A program made the translations under genes and the position numbers. The notes beneath the pieces are model-generated. The model was not told the origin of the DNA. It saw only the letters and a list, made by a program, of their open reading frames with translations, and ran no database searches. Source: Bilabrum cf. latius (Eukaryota). From it: DNA of 64,000 bases. The DNA is taken from positions 868,001-932,000 of the forward strand of contig OZ237755.1 in the NCBI GenBank assembly GCA_965178125.1. Reading direction: 5' to 3'. Within the stretch, counting starts at the first letter, position 1. The number at the start of each line of letters is the position of its first letter. Shown here one piece after another: positions 1-12,809 of the stretch.

Positions 1-450
1 ACTTGGCGCTGTTCTAAATCGTGCAGGTTGACCAACCTGCGTCAAGCGAGCAGCGCCTGCAATAATTTCAAGATTTGGTGACAAAAAAGCGAGCATCAAC
101 CCGATGACACATCCGCCAACGACCGCTCCAGCTTCGCAGCGGCCCCAGGATGCTCTTGCTTCCGTAGGTCGAGCCGTACTTGGAACGGACTTGTGGCATA
201 ACTTTTAAAGACTTATCGCACAAATAAAAACTCGTGGAGAGCCTCTAGGCGTAATCTTGCTTGCTGTGGTGATTTGGTGTGTGGTGCAGTCATCATCATC
301 AAATGCGTGATGCCCGCTCGGCCCGACAGCGCATGTTTGCACCATTCAAGCGCAAGCGCGACGTAGTGTCGAGGACATTTAATTTCAGTTTGCTGTCGCT
401 TCAGAGAGAGGGGCGTTGCAGCAATGTTGCCGACGAATGAGACCGGTAAA

Positions 451-2124
451 ATGAAGAAAGGTGCACTGGCGCAGCTGTTGTCAACTGGTGTGATTGCCGG
501 CATTTCGCTGGCTTTATGCTGGTTGGTTGGTGCCATCAGCAGTCATGGAACTGGATTTCACCATCGTGTGAAGCCAACCCATAATAATGCAACTCTGCTA
601 GGCAGCGTGGACCTGGACCAGAGGGACTCTGCTTCAGATTAGGGGTGTTCCCAATAGTAGCTCGGAGAGGCATTGACATAGGAGAGTTTGCTTTAGATTT
701 TTTGCCAGTACCACACGGCAAGTCACAAGAATGGGCCCAGCTGGTCCGATTGCATCCAGATTGCTCGCCAGCAGCTTGAGTATGCACAATCAGCAGCCCC
801 CGCATTAGAAAGTACCGACCATAATTCCAAAAGCAGCCTTAGTGATCTACAAGGTATTGCTGGATCTAATCTCAAGAAAACGGGAGTGGGATCTGAACAC
901 GAACTTGGCATGATTCGCCCTGGTCGATTCAGCGAGCTGCAGGGCGAGCTGCAGAGGATCCTGCTGGAGAATACTATCTTGGAGAGCGCTCGGTTCACCG
1001 ATAGGTCCGTGACACAGTTCTTTGGGAGGATTCACCCGCTTTCGCTGGGTCTTACAGCGGAGCAGCGTGCCAGGCGGCCACTTGATGTGGTGTACCAGAA
1101 GCAGCCATTCCACTGGCAGTGGCACATCGACCAGCACATGCAGAAGGTGCAGCGCCCTATACGCATGATCCTGGACCCCAACTCCCAGCGGTACTAGAAT
1201 AACGCCATTATCGCCGTGAACCACCTCACCTTCAAGCACTCGGATCGGTACTTCACGGAATAGGCCAAGCGAGGCAACACCAACATCGCGGCGCTGCACT
1301 CGGGGGATATCACGATGTCGCAGTCGTACGGGTGGTACAAGAAGACCAAGTTCGTGCTCAGAAATCACTATCCCTCTCGCTCCGTGGCGGTCAAGAAGGG
1401 TATGGCGCTAGACAGGATGTACGTTCTCCCGCTGGGCTCGCTCACCCACGACTCGATGAGCTTCGTGAACAGGGGCGAGTTCGGCAGGATCCAGCTGGCT
1501 AGCAAGCGAAAGCACCTGTGCAATTTCGTGGGTAGTCTCACTCACCACGGCACGAGGATGGCGCTTGGCAAGGCCTTGCATGCGGCCGGCATGGGGCCTG
1601 ACCCATCGAAGGCCAAGTACGAGAAATGGGGGACTGCAGGAGGCGTGAAGTGCTTCACGTACTACTCGGGAGACTGGAAGAATAAGAAGCAGATGCCACC
1701 GTGGGAGTACAGAGCCGTGATCTCGAACAGCGCGTTCACCTTTGTTCCCCGGGGGACGGGCCCCTCGAGCTTCCGCCTAACCGAGGCATTGGAGCTGGGC
1801 TCCATCCCTATAATCAGCGACATCGACAATTTCAACTTGCCGTACGGGGAGCACCCGTTGCCTACCATTAAGGACAGCCAGTGGGGCACGCTGCCACCGG
1901 TACTTGTGAAGATGTATTCGGAGCACCCGGAGGAGCTAGACGCATTGCAAGAGAAGGCCTTCACCTGGTGGCACGCCTGGAAACAGACATACCAGTGGAA
2001 TATGGCCTGCCTCGTGGAGCGGGACGTGATGGCATCCCCGGGTGCGCGGCAGGACTGCCTGTCGCCCGGGCAGTTCGCAGGCTACCAGCTTACTGCGAAG
2101 GACAAGCTCAAGTTTAAGAAATGA
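451..2124 (+). CDS. Exostosin/GT47-family glycosyltransferase, type II membrane protein (7 in-frame TAG read as Gln; alternative ATG at 424)
   Basis: ORF pieces 424-642, 886-1197 and 1315-2124 share one frame and are separated only by TAG. N-terminal hydrophobic anchor; GT47 motifs LCNFVGS and SAFTFVPRGTGPSSFRLTEALELGSIPII; ends in TGA. Confidence 0.85.
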
Positions 2125-2443
2125 TCACTACTATGCATCGTCAGCAGTCTTTCATTGCGCCCGGCTGAGTCGGCACCTCGCCCATCCGACGAATTGCCGA
2201 TAGGCCCTGCTTGACCCATCGGTACGCACGATTGTGCTCTCAATGTTCTCCATTTCCATGCTACACGCAAGCAGCCAGTGAGTGGGCTCAGCCGCAGGGT
2301 GAACCGCAATTCAACCGGATGTGACGACCACGGCATTCTAGAGATATCAGCTTGCATGCATGCGAATCAGATCTGGTACAAATACCTGCATTGACATCGA
2401 AACCCCAGCACCTATAGTTGAGGCGAATGCTGCAAGTTGGCCA

Positions 2444-4747
2444 TCACCGCACCAGTAGCTCCTCACGCAAACTAGCAGCTGCGGCACCAGCTGGACTGAA
2501 TCGCTCAAGCACAGCAGCGCAAGGCGCAGCAATCGAGCTTCCTTCGCCCCACACGGCTCCCCAGCCGAGTTCCCTCACTAAAAGCTGGGCTTGCATGCCG
2601 TGGTCCTTGCGGGCCAACGCTGCCATCTGCTACGCAGCTGTGATTTCTTGCAGAGACACGCCGCGCTCCGCTGCTGCTGCCTCCACCCGATCCCTCGCAT
2701 CTGGGCTCAGCGAGTGCAATGGCGTGTCCAGCAGGGCCTTGATCTCGACCGGGCCTAGCTACTCCACGATGTCTGCCTCGTCTTGCTGTGAGCTACGGAC
2801 AGAGCCCTGCAAAGCCCGCTGTTTGGCCGCCGTGGTCGCATTGCCAGCTTGCAATGTGCCTGTGTCGTTCGCTTGAACTCTCTATGTTTCATTGGCTGGC
2901 TCTACCTGCATTGATACCGCAGTTTGCAAACTGGCAAGGACGCCGCGCGAAGGCTTCGGGATGGGCCGATTCACGACAGGAGTGGCGTCCTGCCTGATCG
3001 TGCAGGCGCTGGCACCGGCTGGTCCGGATTCCGGCGCAACGTCGAGCTTGAGACCACCCTTGTTATCACCTGCATTCCAGTCGAAGCTGCTCCACTGCTC
3101 CCTCTTTGGGTTGTTAAAGTCGGGAGGGGGCAAGACCGCCACCACCGACGCCGAGAGATCAGCTGCAAATACCCGCGAGTACCCGGCAGAGGGCTCCTTC
3201 GGCACTCCCTTGACTCCGCCTGTGCCCAGCAGCCACTGTACGGTGAGCCTGTCCCAGTACAGCCGATCGAACGCTATCTTCGGCATGCTACCAAACACCT
3301 TGCTTGCTGCCTTGCTTGCCGCTGCACGGATGTCTGTCCTGATCTTGCTCGGATCGACGGCTTGGTCTGCCGCAGCTGTCTCCTCCAGCCTCCGCCGGAG
3401 CGCGCGCCTGGGCCCAGCTTCGGCCGGCGGCTGCACTTTCGGCTGACTGTTGGCGTGTTGCACGATACTCCTCGCTCCAAGAAAGGCAGGGTTTCTTACA
3501 GCGATAAACTTGTGCGTCTTGGCGCTGGCCAGCCCCCCCCTAACTGCAACTGCCTCGAGCGCGTCGTTCAGCTTGCCTACCCTCTCTCGGCTTCCGGGGC
3601 GGGCCTTCACCGACCATTGCTGTGGTGGGGCAGCGGAAGATAGATTCCCAATGACCCTGGGAAGTGCGCCTGCAGGCAGGTTGGCAGCCAGTGCCTCGAT
3701 CTCGTTGGTGTCGATGAGGCCCGCGCGGGCGCGGATCTGCTGCCGCACGTCCTTCCCGTCCAAGGGCTCTTGCACTGGCCCGATGCTAGGACTGTCCGAA
3801 GCAACGCCACCCAATTTCAACAATGCATTTGTCTTGATTCCGAATGATCCACGAGCTAGCATTGCGTCAATGCCGCTGTATCCATCCATGACCTCCGCGT
3901 GACGAAGCGTCGCGACGGGGGCACCCTTCAGGTGGCCATCTGTTAATGGCTGCAGGCCATTGCTGACCTGGCTAGCGTTGATGCGTACCGCGCTGCCCCC
4001 CCACTCTTCATAGGCATCGAGAGCTAACAACGAGTCGGCCAGCCCGGCTCCTATCATGAGCTCGGGATGGGCCAGTGCGATGAAGGGTGACTCTGGGGCT
4101 GCGTAGGCCGCAGCCTGCAAGAGTTCGGGGACCAGGGCAGCCCCCCTTCCATTCGTCTTCACCCAGCCCTTCAGTGCCTCGCAGCCCAAGGCCTCCACAG
4201 CGATCACAACGTCCGCGCTGTCGGTTGCAACCAGGCACCTCACGCCGGGCGCATGCCTCCACGACAGCAATGCAGCGGCTTGGTTCAGCCAAGTGCGGAC
4301 GAACGGGCTCAGGACGTGAATGTGCGTGATAATAGCGACCGCAGCACCCCGCCCTGGTTGTGAACCTGCAGATAGGAATTCGATCGGGTCACTGGTGCCT
4401 ACATGGAGTGCCTCCATAGGCTCATCTAGCTGCGCAATTTCTTTGGACCGGCTCCTTGATGATTGCGATGGCAACGATGGGAACTATGAGACCCGAAGCC
4501 GGTCCAACACATCAACTGGTCCTTGCAGCCAAGGCAGAGCTTCATCTTGTGCTTGACCCGGTGGTCGGTTGGACTTGGACTAGAGCGCAACTTTTCGCAG
4601 CACAGCCTGGACTATGGCAAGATTGGCTGCAAGCTACTCATGCTGCAGATCGACATTATGATTTCCCGTCGATTGCTACGCTCTCAAGACACCTCTGCGA
4701 CAGGGCGAACTAGGGTCATTTTGCAGTGCCAGTGGGGTTCTCGACAT
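2444..4747 (-). CDS. Uncharacterised ~767-aa protein, possibly with a degenerate GT-A-like region
   Basis: ATG at 4747. Frame continues through 2882-4474 and 2444-2626 with only TAG interruptions and ends in TGA at 2444. No family confidently recognised. Confidence 0.6.
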
Positions 4748-5049
4748 GTATTGCGACTTGCGTTTCGCAATACACTGCCTCGTGGACACTCACGCTTGAT
4801 AGATCCCATTCGACTCGTGCACTGAGCTCAGCTCGAGACCAAAGGAAACGTACAACGCCCAACCAAGCGCAAGCCCAGCCACGATCTCTAGCACAGACAC
4901 TCGCCAACCCAAGCGGCCTGAAATCATTGGTTATCACAGGAACAGGAAATATTTTAGTGTCGATAATGTTTAGATTAGCTATGCCTAGCGATCATCAGAT
5001 TCTCGGGATATCGGTGATTTCAACACCTAACAATGCTGCAAATCCGGAT

Positions 5050-6770
5050 AGGGGAGGGGGGCTCGGAGTTCAGGGTCATCGCAATCCAGCCTCAGTGGCA
5101 TACATTTGTGAGCCGAGCGCTTCGGCCCGAATTGCTGCCGAAGGTGTAGCGAGCTTGCGCCCCACACCAGATGGGGGCGGGGCTCAAGTGCGGGATGGAC
5201 GGAGCCATTGCAACGATCCAGGTTCTTCTCAGCGCTAACCCTGAGTGGGTGGTCGCTGCGCTGGATGCCTCGGATGCATATGGCTCCATCCATCGGAGGG
5301 CGACCTTGCAAGCTTTGGCGTCGCTGTCTACCGGACTGGGCACTTATGTGCACTAGTGTCTGCAGCACGCAGTACATGGTGTTGTGTCTGGCGAGGATGG
5401 AACAGAGCTTGTGCAGAATCTGGAGGGGGTGCTGTAGGGGTCGCCATTGTCTCCAGCGCTGTTCTGCGCAGCCATTTAGGGCGCTCTGAAAGCGACAAAG
5501 ATTGCCCACATGGATGTGTACCTTGTAGCGTACCTTGACGACGTGTACCTGTTGGGGGAGCTAGACAATGTCAGGGCAGCCATCGCCACGTTGGAGGGGA
5601 AGTTGGGGGACGTCGGCCTCTCCCTCAACTAGAAGAAAATGTCGTTCTTCTCCCCCTCCCGAGCCACCTATTAGCGCCTGGTCCACCTATTGGCACCAGA
5701 CCAGGAGGATAGGCTCGAAGGAGTGGTCCACGAGCATGGGCTGAGGATCCTGGGCGTCCCGGTAGGGACCGAAGTCGGAGTGGCCGAACAAGTCTTGAAG
5801 GGACGCTTGGAAGAGACGGTGGTTCAGACTTTTCGCCTGGCCTACCTGGACCCAATCAGTGCGCGCGCACTGTTTGCCCGGTGCGTTGTGCCGGCGTGGA
5901 CGCACGTGCACAGGAGCGGGTGCCTCTTGCCCGAGCTCAAGGACGGGGTGACACCCCATTTGAAGGAGGTGTAGGGAGCGTTTCTGGAGTTCCTGACAGG
6001 GATGCGTGTAAGCGCTCTCTCGCAGGCCCAGAGACAGGTGTTGGACGTGCTGGGTCCGCTATCCGTTGCCCGTGGGGGTTTCGGAGTGGGGCTCGTGCCT
6101 GCCGATTTAACCCGGGAGGCAATGTGCGTCGGGGGGTTGTTGGATGTGTGGCCCTGGTTGGCGAGGATAGCACGCGACTTCAACCTGCCACACCTGCAGG
6201 GGGCGCTCAACCAGTGGGATCCGGCGGAGGAGGTCGGGGAAGGTGCGGCGGCAGGTGCCGGGGAGGCACCCCCTCTGCTGAACCCACCGCGAGGGCGCAC
6301 CGCGCGCCTGAACTCCCTTGTGGACACTGTGATGACCGCAATCTCGAAGTGCGGGGGACTCGTACAAGAGGGGAAGCAAGACAATTTCGGGATGGCTGGT
6401 TTCCCGAGTCCGTTGCTTTTCACTTGTTCCGGAGGCTGACGTCCCCCCACGCTATGGTATGGTTTGGGACACAGCCCGCACGTTGGAACTCCTGGGCAGC
6501 CCAGCCGAGAAGGCAGCCCGTATGGAGCTGTGCGGTGGGGCCACGAAACCCTGGCGCCGGGAGGTGAAGGACCTTCGGGCATGGGTGACGAGGCAGCTGG
6601 CTGGGGAGCAGCCGGCACCCACCGCATCGCAGGCGGTTATTCGTTTTCTCGAAGGTGCCGCAGGAGGGCACAACCAGAGCCATGTGACACGGGGTCGGCA
6701 CGTGGTTCAGACCAGTGGTGCGCTGCTTGGTCGTCATGGTGGCCGCGGCGTGCGCCGCGATCACCGCTGA
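5050..6770 (+). mobile_element. 5'-truncated, decaying non-LTR retrotransposon fragment (CRE/SLACS-like reverse transcriptase)
   Basis: One frame from ~5050 to TGA at 6439 reads FRVIAI..., APHQMGAG, LDASDAYGSIHR, GVL(TAG=Q)GSPLSPALF, YLDDVYL, GLSLN(Q)KK and GLRILGVPVG. Sequence is frameshifted after ~6400; no endonuclease recognised. Confidence 0.8.
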
Positions 6771-6829
6771 CAGCACGTGCCCAGGGTTCATCATCGGCCT
6801 ATCCTCGCCGTCATCCCCGTCTTCCTCGT

Positions 6830-9800
6830 CATTGCCATCGTCCTTCATTGCAGTGCGCCACTTGGAGCGAGCTCTTTCTCGTACATGCCTGAAAGCAACC
6901 ACGCCAGTACCTCACACGCACGGCCCCGCTACAGTACGCCAGCCAGGTGCATGCCCGCCCTGGACACCGCTGCCAGCTGCCCGGCGAGCGCATGGTGCAC
7001 CGCGCACAGCAGCAGGTCGACCTCTTTGTCCGACAGGCTAGCATCGATGAGCAAGGGCAGAATCCAAAATAGGCTCGACCACAGCCTGGTTGCTAGCGGC
7101 TGCGAAGGAGGTCGACCTGCGGAGGCGGAGCCAGCACCCGACGCGGCTTCCGCCCCCGGCTCGTCCGGAAGCGGCAGGAAGATTTCGGCTCTCGGCTGGC
7201 CGGTTTGCTCGGGCTCTGCATTTCCACCCGGCTTACGCGTCAGCGACTTGTGCTGCGAGGCAGCGGTCGTGTTCCCCAGCCTGTGGATCATGCTATCCTG
7301 CCCGGTCATTGTGTACAGAGCCAAGCAGGCAGACATATAATCCATGCCGCAGTAGTCTTCTTTCAAGTACTTCTCCATGCTAGTCAGGAGCGCCTTGAGA
7401 CTGTGCAGCACCTTGTCGTCTGTAGACTAAGTAACCAAGAGCTTGATGACTTTCTGCTCCATCAAAGTCACCTCACGCAGGGGCGCCCCAGACCGCAGCT
7501 GCAGGAACGGGAGCACGGCCTCGAGGCAGAGGATCGCCACCAGTCCCGCCGACATTCTTGCTGTAAGGCAGCTCGACCCACGTCCAAAAGTGCTTGCAAC
7601 GTACTCTCGCTCGAGTTCTAGGTACTTCTATGGAGACGCATCGCTTGCTTAGCGACCGTGGCCGTAGCTGCTGCAGCATCGTCAGCGACTTCGTCTCCAT
7701 CATCTTCCCCATCGCAGCCGGCGGCCTTGTCTCCAGGGGCTGCAGCAGCTTTCCCAGCGACAGGTGCGTCGTCGACTGCCTTGACCGAAACCAATACCCA
7801 GCCATCGTGCTGTGCTCTACGGCGCCAGCGAGTTTCGCAGCGCCGGCCCTGCGAGCTGCCGCACCCCCCCAAGGCAGTACGCCTAGACAACACAATCATC
7901 CTCCGAGGCCACGCTTTGACTTGATGGCTCGATTGTTCTATCCGCGAAGCAGTCCGGGTCCCAGAGCGCTGCCAGCACCCCGTCCAAGACCGGGCGGCGG
8001 GTTGGACTACCTGCGAGCTTTGCGGTCGAGTTCCGTCCGGTCGGGCCGGTGTAGTTGCAGTGCGGAGAGCTCTCGCCCACCAGCCTGCGCACGAGTCGTA
8101 CCTCGTCGGTGTCTGCTTCCGCACCGTCTAGGCGGTCTCGAAGCGACTCCTCCTGTTGCAGCGTCCGGGTCATGCCGCCTGACTGCTGCGGGGGAGACCC
8201 GGCCACGAGGTATGCCTCATCCTTTGGTGTCGAGCCCACCAGGACGACGGCATCTCCGCTTCCGTCCATCCCGCCGCACGCAGCTGTGGCCGCCGTCCAG
8301 ACGCGCATGGGACCGCCCCCCTTCAGAGCGCTCAGCTTGAACGCATCGTTGCCAGTCGGGAGGTTTGCATACGCATAGGAAGTTGCTACCACGATGAGGC
8401 GTGGCGTGGCGCTGAAGCAGAGTCAAGGGCCTGTGGGTCCATTGCGTAAAACTTTTGAAGAGAGGAGCTCGAAGGTCCCCGTCTGGGCTTGCCGCTGGGG
8501 TCCAGACAGGCCGAGCCCCTCTCATCCGACCTAAGAACAACCACCAGCGCCTCTTTCAGGCACGCTTCCGAGGCCTCGGTGGCAACCACCGTGTTCATCT
8601 AGGCCAGCAGCAGGGATTGCTTGCTCATGTCACTGCTTTCGCTCCCCAAATCAAGCGAGTTGTAGAGCACACCCTCATCCGAGGCGAAGCCCATTGCTAG
8701 GGGCCAGCACGCGGTTCTCGGCTCCTGCCGAGCAGCCAGACCGGCTCGTCCTAGCTCTTGTGTGCCTTAGCAAGCTGCTTCAAGTCGGTGATGCTCCGTT
8801 GCGCAAAAATGATGAGCCAAACGTCTGGCCTGCAGTTCCTGTCGATAAGCCCCAGCTTGACGGACGAGCACGCGCCAGTCGTCGAATTGCTCCTAAGGGT
8901 ATGTCGCCATGTTTCTGCTGCTTGCATCAGAATGTGGGCCGCTCGCCGCGGACCTCGGCTCGTGCTACCGTGCCCCGGAGGCCTTTCTTTTGGCCGTCTC
9001 CAGCACAGCACGCCCAAGCAGCATCCACCGCTTAGCTTCGTCCTGTCCTGCGGGAACGCTTGTGCACAGCTCGCCTTGCATTGCCATAAGCACGACTGGA
9101 GTCTGCACCGTGGCACGATCAGCCCCTCGAGCCCGCCTCGCCCGCTTGGGATGCCTCCAGCTTGATGTTCGAAAGTCCGGCAGCGTTTCGCATCCCAGAG
9201 GCACCCTGCCCGCAGGCTGACCCAGACGATTGCTGCAGGGCCCCCATGACGACTCGCTCGCTCAGCCAGTCGCCTGCGCTCGGCACCCCGGGGGCCGTCG
9301 TGGCCTCTTGCAGGTGGTCGGCCAGTGACCCGGCCACATCCGCCTCGCCTGGTGCAGCGGCATACATCGGCTTGATCAGGTAGAGGGCGTCCACAGTCTT
9401 GTTCGCAGAGCACAGATGCTTCCCGCCGATCACCTGCGCCACACTGCAGATGCTATCCATCAGACCAGAGTACGACCCTGTTGTGCCCAGACTCGTTGCA
9501 GACAGCCCAGCGGCTGCATCGATGGCTGTCGCCGCAAAGAAGGATTGCATCCGGATGACTGGACGATGATCGATGCATGCTTCCACAGGGCATGCTGAAG
9601 CACAATGGCAGCAAAGAATAACTGTATGACTTCGGCACCCAGCCCGGTGATTCGATCAGAGGGCCCGGTTGAGGCGGAGCCGGATACTATGCCTGTGCTG
9701 TAGCTTTGGCTTGGTTTTGGGCTGGTGCCTACGCTAGAGCTTAAGCTCGGGCCTGAGTCCGAGCCCAAGCTTGCGCTTGAGCTCGCGCTTGGGCTTGAGC

Positions 9801-11923
9801 CAGAAACTGTGTCGGTGCCTGAAGTCACCGACTTCAGCTTCTCAGCAACACCGACTGTCCTACGCACGAGTAGCTTACCAACCGCCTCTGGTGCGGTCGG
9901 CTGCCGTTCCCTTGCCTATCGCTTGGTTCCTTTGGCGAACCCAGGTAGTTCATGTAGATGGCCGCTGCCAGCATCGGGATGAACTTTTTGAAGTTCTCGT
10001 AATTCTTACCGTTCGTCTGCGAGTCCAAAATGTTGGCTGCCCTGCTGACGACGTCGCTCTGCTGCGCGTTGCCTCCGCGCCGTTGCTGCGGGTCCGAACT
10101 CAAGCGTTGGGCTGCTTCGCTCACGGACCACGCGTCATGAGCGGGAGCGCAAGCATTTGGAGCGTGCCCCCGATGAAGTGGTCCACCACAAAGTCCCTGT
10201 GCATCTCTGCTACCGGGTGCAGCACGGGCTTCACCCGCTTGTCCTTGAGGCTCTGGGGCATGAGGGATCTGGAGATCTGCTGGTCCGTGGTCAGCCTGAA
10301 AAACATGTTCGCGAGCAAGTCTCGGAAGCCAGGGTCGTTCCGCCGCAACGCATCCTCAAACGCTTGCAGCACGTCGGGAAAATTGGAATACTTCCCCATG
10401 CTCGGGCTCAGCACTCGAATGTACGACAGCAGTCTAGACATCGTAGGCCTCGGTGGCCTCCGCCTGAGCAGCAGCTGCGTCTGCTTGCCGAACGGCCCTC
10501 CCATCGAATCGCGGGCCAAGCTGCGGCGGTGCAAAGAATCGCGGGAACGCTATCCTGTAAGTTCCTTGCACCGCCGCAGCTTCGCCACGGTTGGGCATTC
10601 TGTATGCAAATCTGTCGGCTGATTCTACCGATCCCTGGTTAGACATTATGCTCTTTGGGCTGAATACTCCCCCGATTGAGCATCGCCCTGGAGCTACTGG
10701 CTGTCGGTCTGCTGGGTGGCATGAGACTTGCCCCCGGCCCGCCCCCTTCCTCGTTCACCTCCCTGACCACCACCCGGCCTCGGAGGCAGGCCGCTGGTCG
10801 CACTGGCTGCTGCTCCTCTTGCACGGGCTATAGCCAGTGGTGTTGGGGCTCACGCTCCCAGAGTCGAGAGTTCTGGCTCAGTTGCTGGTGCTGGGTCAGG
10901 TGCAGGGGCTGGTGCAGTGGCTGGTGCTGGAGGTGAGGGCGCTGACTGTGCCTCAGCAGCGACAGCAACGGCAGCGTCATCCTCCTAAGGGAAGAAGTAG
11001 GATGCAATGGCAACTCCACATGACTCGATCCAGACTGGAGCATCGAGCAGCGTGGGGCCGCCGCTCGTGGTGTACGCGGTCTGCAGGAAGGCCAGCACGG
11101 GCGACCCTGCGGTCGATAGTTTGCCGTGGCACTCCTTACACCGCATGTGGATGACGCTCTCAGGGAGCCCCCTCTGTTGGGATGGCTTCGTCGAGGACAG
11201 GCGCGCGTGGCACTTGCACACCGGGTTCTGCCCCATGGGGGGGCTCTCTTCACCCCCCGCCTCGACGATATCACGGGCCAGCTGGACGGCGGCTTTACTG
11301 GCGGCAAAGGCCCTCATTGCTAGCTTCGGGCAAGCGAGGGCCGCGGGCACGCATGCCGACGCATTTCCCGCCGCGGCAGCCGCCTCCATCTCGGGAAATA
11401 GTGCCTCCTTGCCGTGCACGCGGTGCAGCAGCTCGCCGCCCATCACGTGCAGCAGGGCCCCGAGGTCGCTCGCCCGGTCACACACATCCTGCATGGTGCA
11501 GTCGTGCACCTTCTGCTTCCAGCTCGGCTTTTTCTTTTTGCATTTGTCGTTCATCTTGGCAATGCCCTGCTGCAGCACCTGGATTCCTTTCGCCATTGTC
11601 TGTTTGACGTATTCCGACCGGCTGGCGGGGGGAGCAAGGTATAGGAATACAATGCGCTCCATCACAGTTTCCCACGAGTGTAACGAAGCGCTGAAAACGC
11701 GATTTGCCACACCCAAGACTCTGCATTCCCTTGATAATGACCGATCCGTTGAGTACGGCCTCGCAGAACTGCCCACACATCCACAGCCACTCCTTCTTTG
11801 CCAAAAAGGACGTGTAACTTGCACCAAGTTGATGAGATACACTGCCTCATCGACTCCAAAGATCCATTCCAGCGATAGCATTGACTGTGCAACTTGTTTA
11901 AACCATACAGAAATGCAATACAT
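6830..11923 (-). pseudogene. Large frameshifted/stop-interrupted ORF of unknown family
   Basis: Chain of protein-like minus-strand pieces (10985-11923, 10121-10534, 9834-10124, 9460-9867, 9119-9586, 7883-8392, 6929-7411). They need TGA stops and frameshifts to join even with TAG=Gln. Confidence 0.4.
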
Positions 11924-12719
11924 TAGGCTGAAAACGATTTAGCGAGCTGTACACCCGCGATTCTCGTACGATCACGGCCAAAAAAAGGAAAAAAGGGCCA
12001 CTGGTACATGTGTTTTGGCTCACGGGTTTCTCTTCATCCCCATCGATCTACGACATGACAGGCTGCACAATGTAAGTTTTGTACATTATCAATGAATTGA
12101 ACGCATCAAATTTTGGGGGAAGCCGCTGGGTCATACGGTGCAGTCGCTTGAACACGTCTACGATTGCTAGCCGGCATTTCTCCGGTCAATATCTGATGAA
12201 CATCCCAAAGCTGACCGAACTTAAATTCAAATACATATTAAGTATATATTGAAGCGACAGAGAGGTGCATTCGACGCGTTGCAGCGGATTTGCAAGTCGG
12301 ACCCCAGGCCTTCCAAGCCCCGGACGATTTTTTCCTAAACGATCCCAAACGCACCATCGTGTCGTTGAATATCAACATATTAATCTAACCTGATTTGGGA
12401 TAAACACAACTCACCCTGTACCGTCCGCAAATCAGGGAGAAGCAATTTCAGCGATACAGCCCGAAATGCAAACGCCAGCCGACACGATTCAAATCAGCTT
12501 CTTCGACATAATGAACCCAACCCAACTCTCGTATAGATGCATTTAAACATATTCAGACGCAGAAGCTACACATTGTATCGCAAGAAATCGCGTGATGTGC
12601 CACGAAAGGCTCCCGAGGTGATCGAAACTCCGAGTCCCCAAGCGAGCACTCATCAGAATGATGACACTCGTTGACTAACGTATCGCCGGGCTCGGGCAAG
12701 TTTGGCCGAAGGTGTGTGC

Positions 12720-12800
12720 ATGTCACGTAGCCGAGCAGGGAATGGCGGGTCCCTTGGGTGGCTCTCTCTTGCAATTCTTGCGGCGGTCTCCTTTGGAATC
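12720..12800 (+). CDS. GT61/EOGT-like glycosyltransferase, 5' piece (start codon and signal anchor)
   Basis: Reads MSRSRAGNGGSLGWLSLAILAAVSFGI. Joins in frame, via the ATCA shared by 12798-12801 and 36526-36529, to TLFVATHSF..., which completes the hydrophobic anchor. Confidence 0.7.
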
Positions 12801-12809
12801 ATGATTCAA

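Noticed and set aside
1-210. Possible partial gene at the left edge (and 63800-64000 at the right edge)
   Set aside because: No recognisable motif or start codon; too little sequence to support a call.
4940-12400. Possible inverted termini around the 5-12 kb block (tgcaaatccg at ~5037 versus cggatttgca at ~12285)
   Set aside because: Only a 10-bp match with no extension and no TSD.
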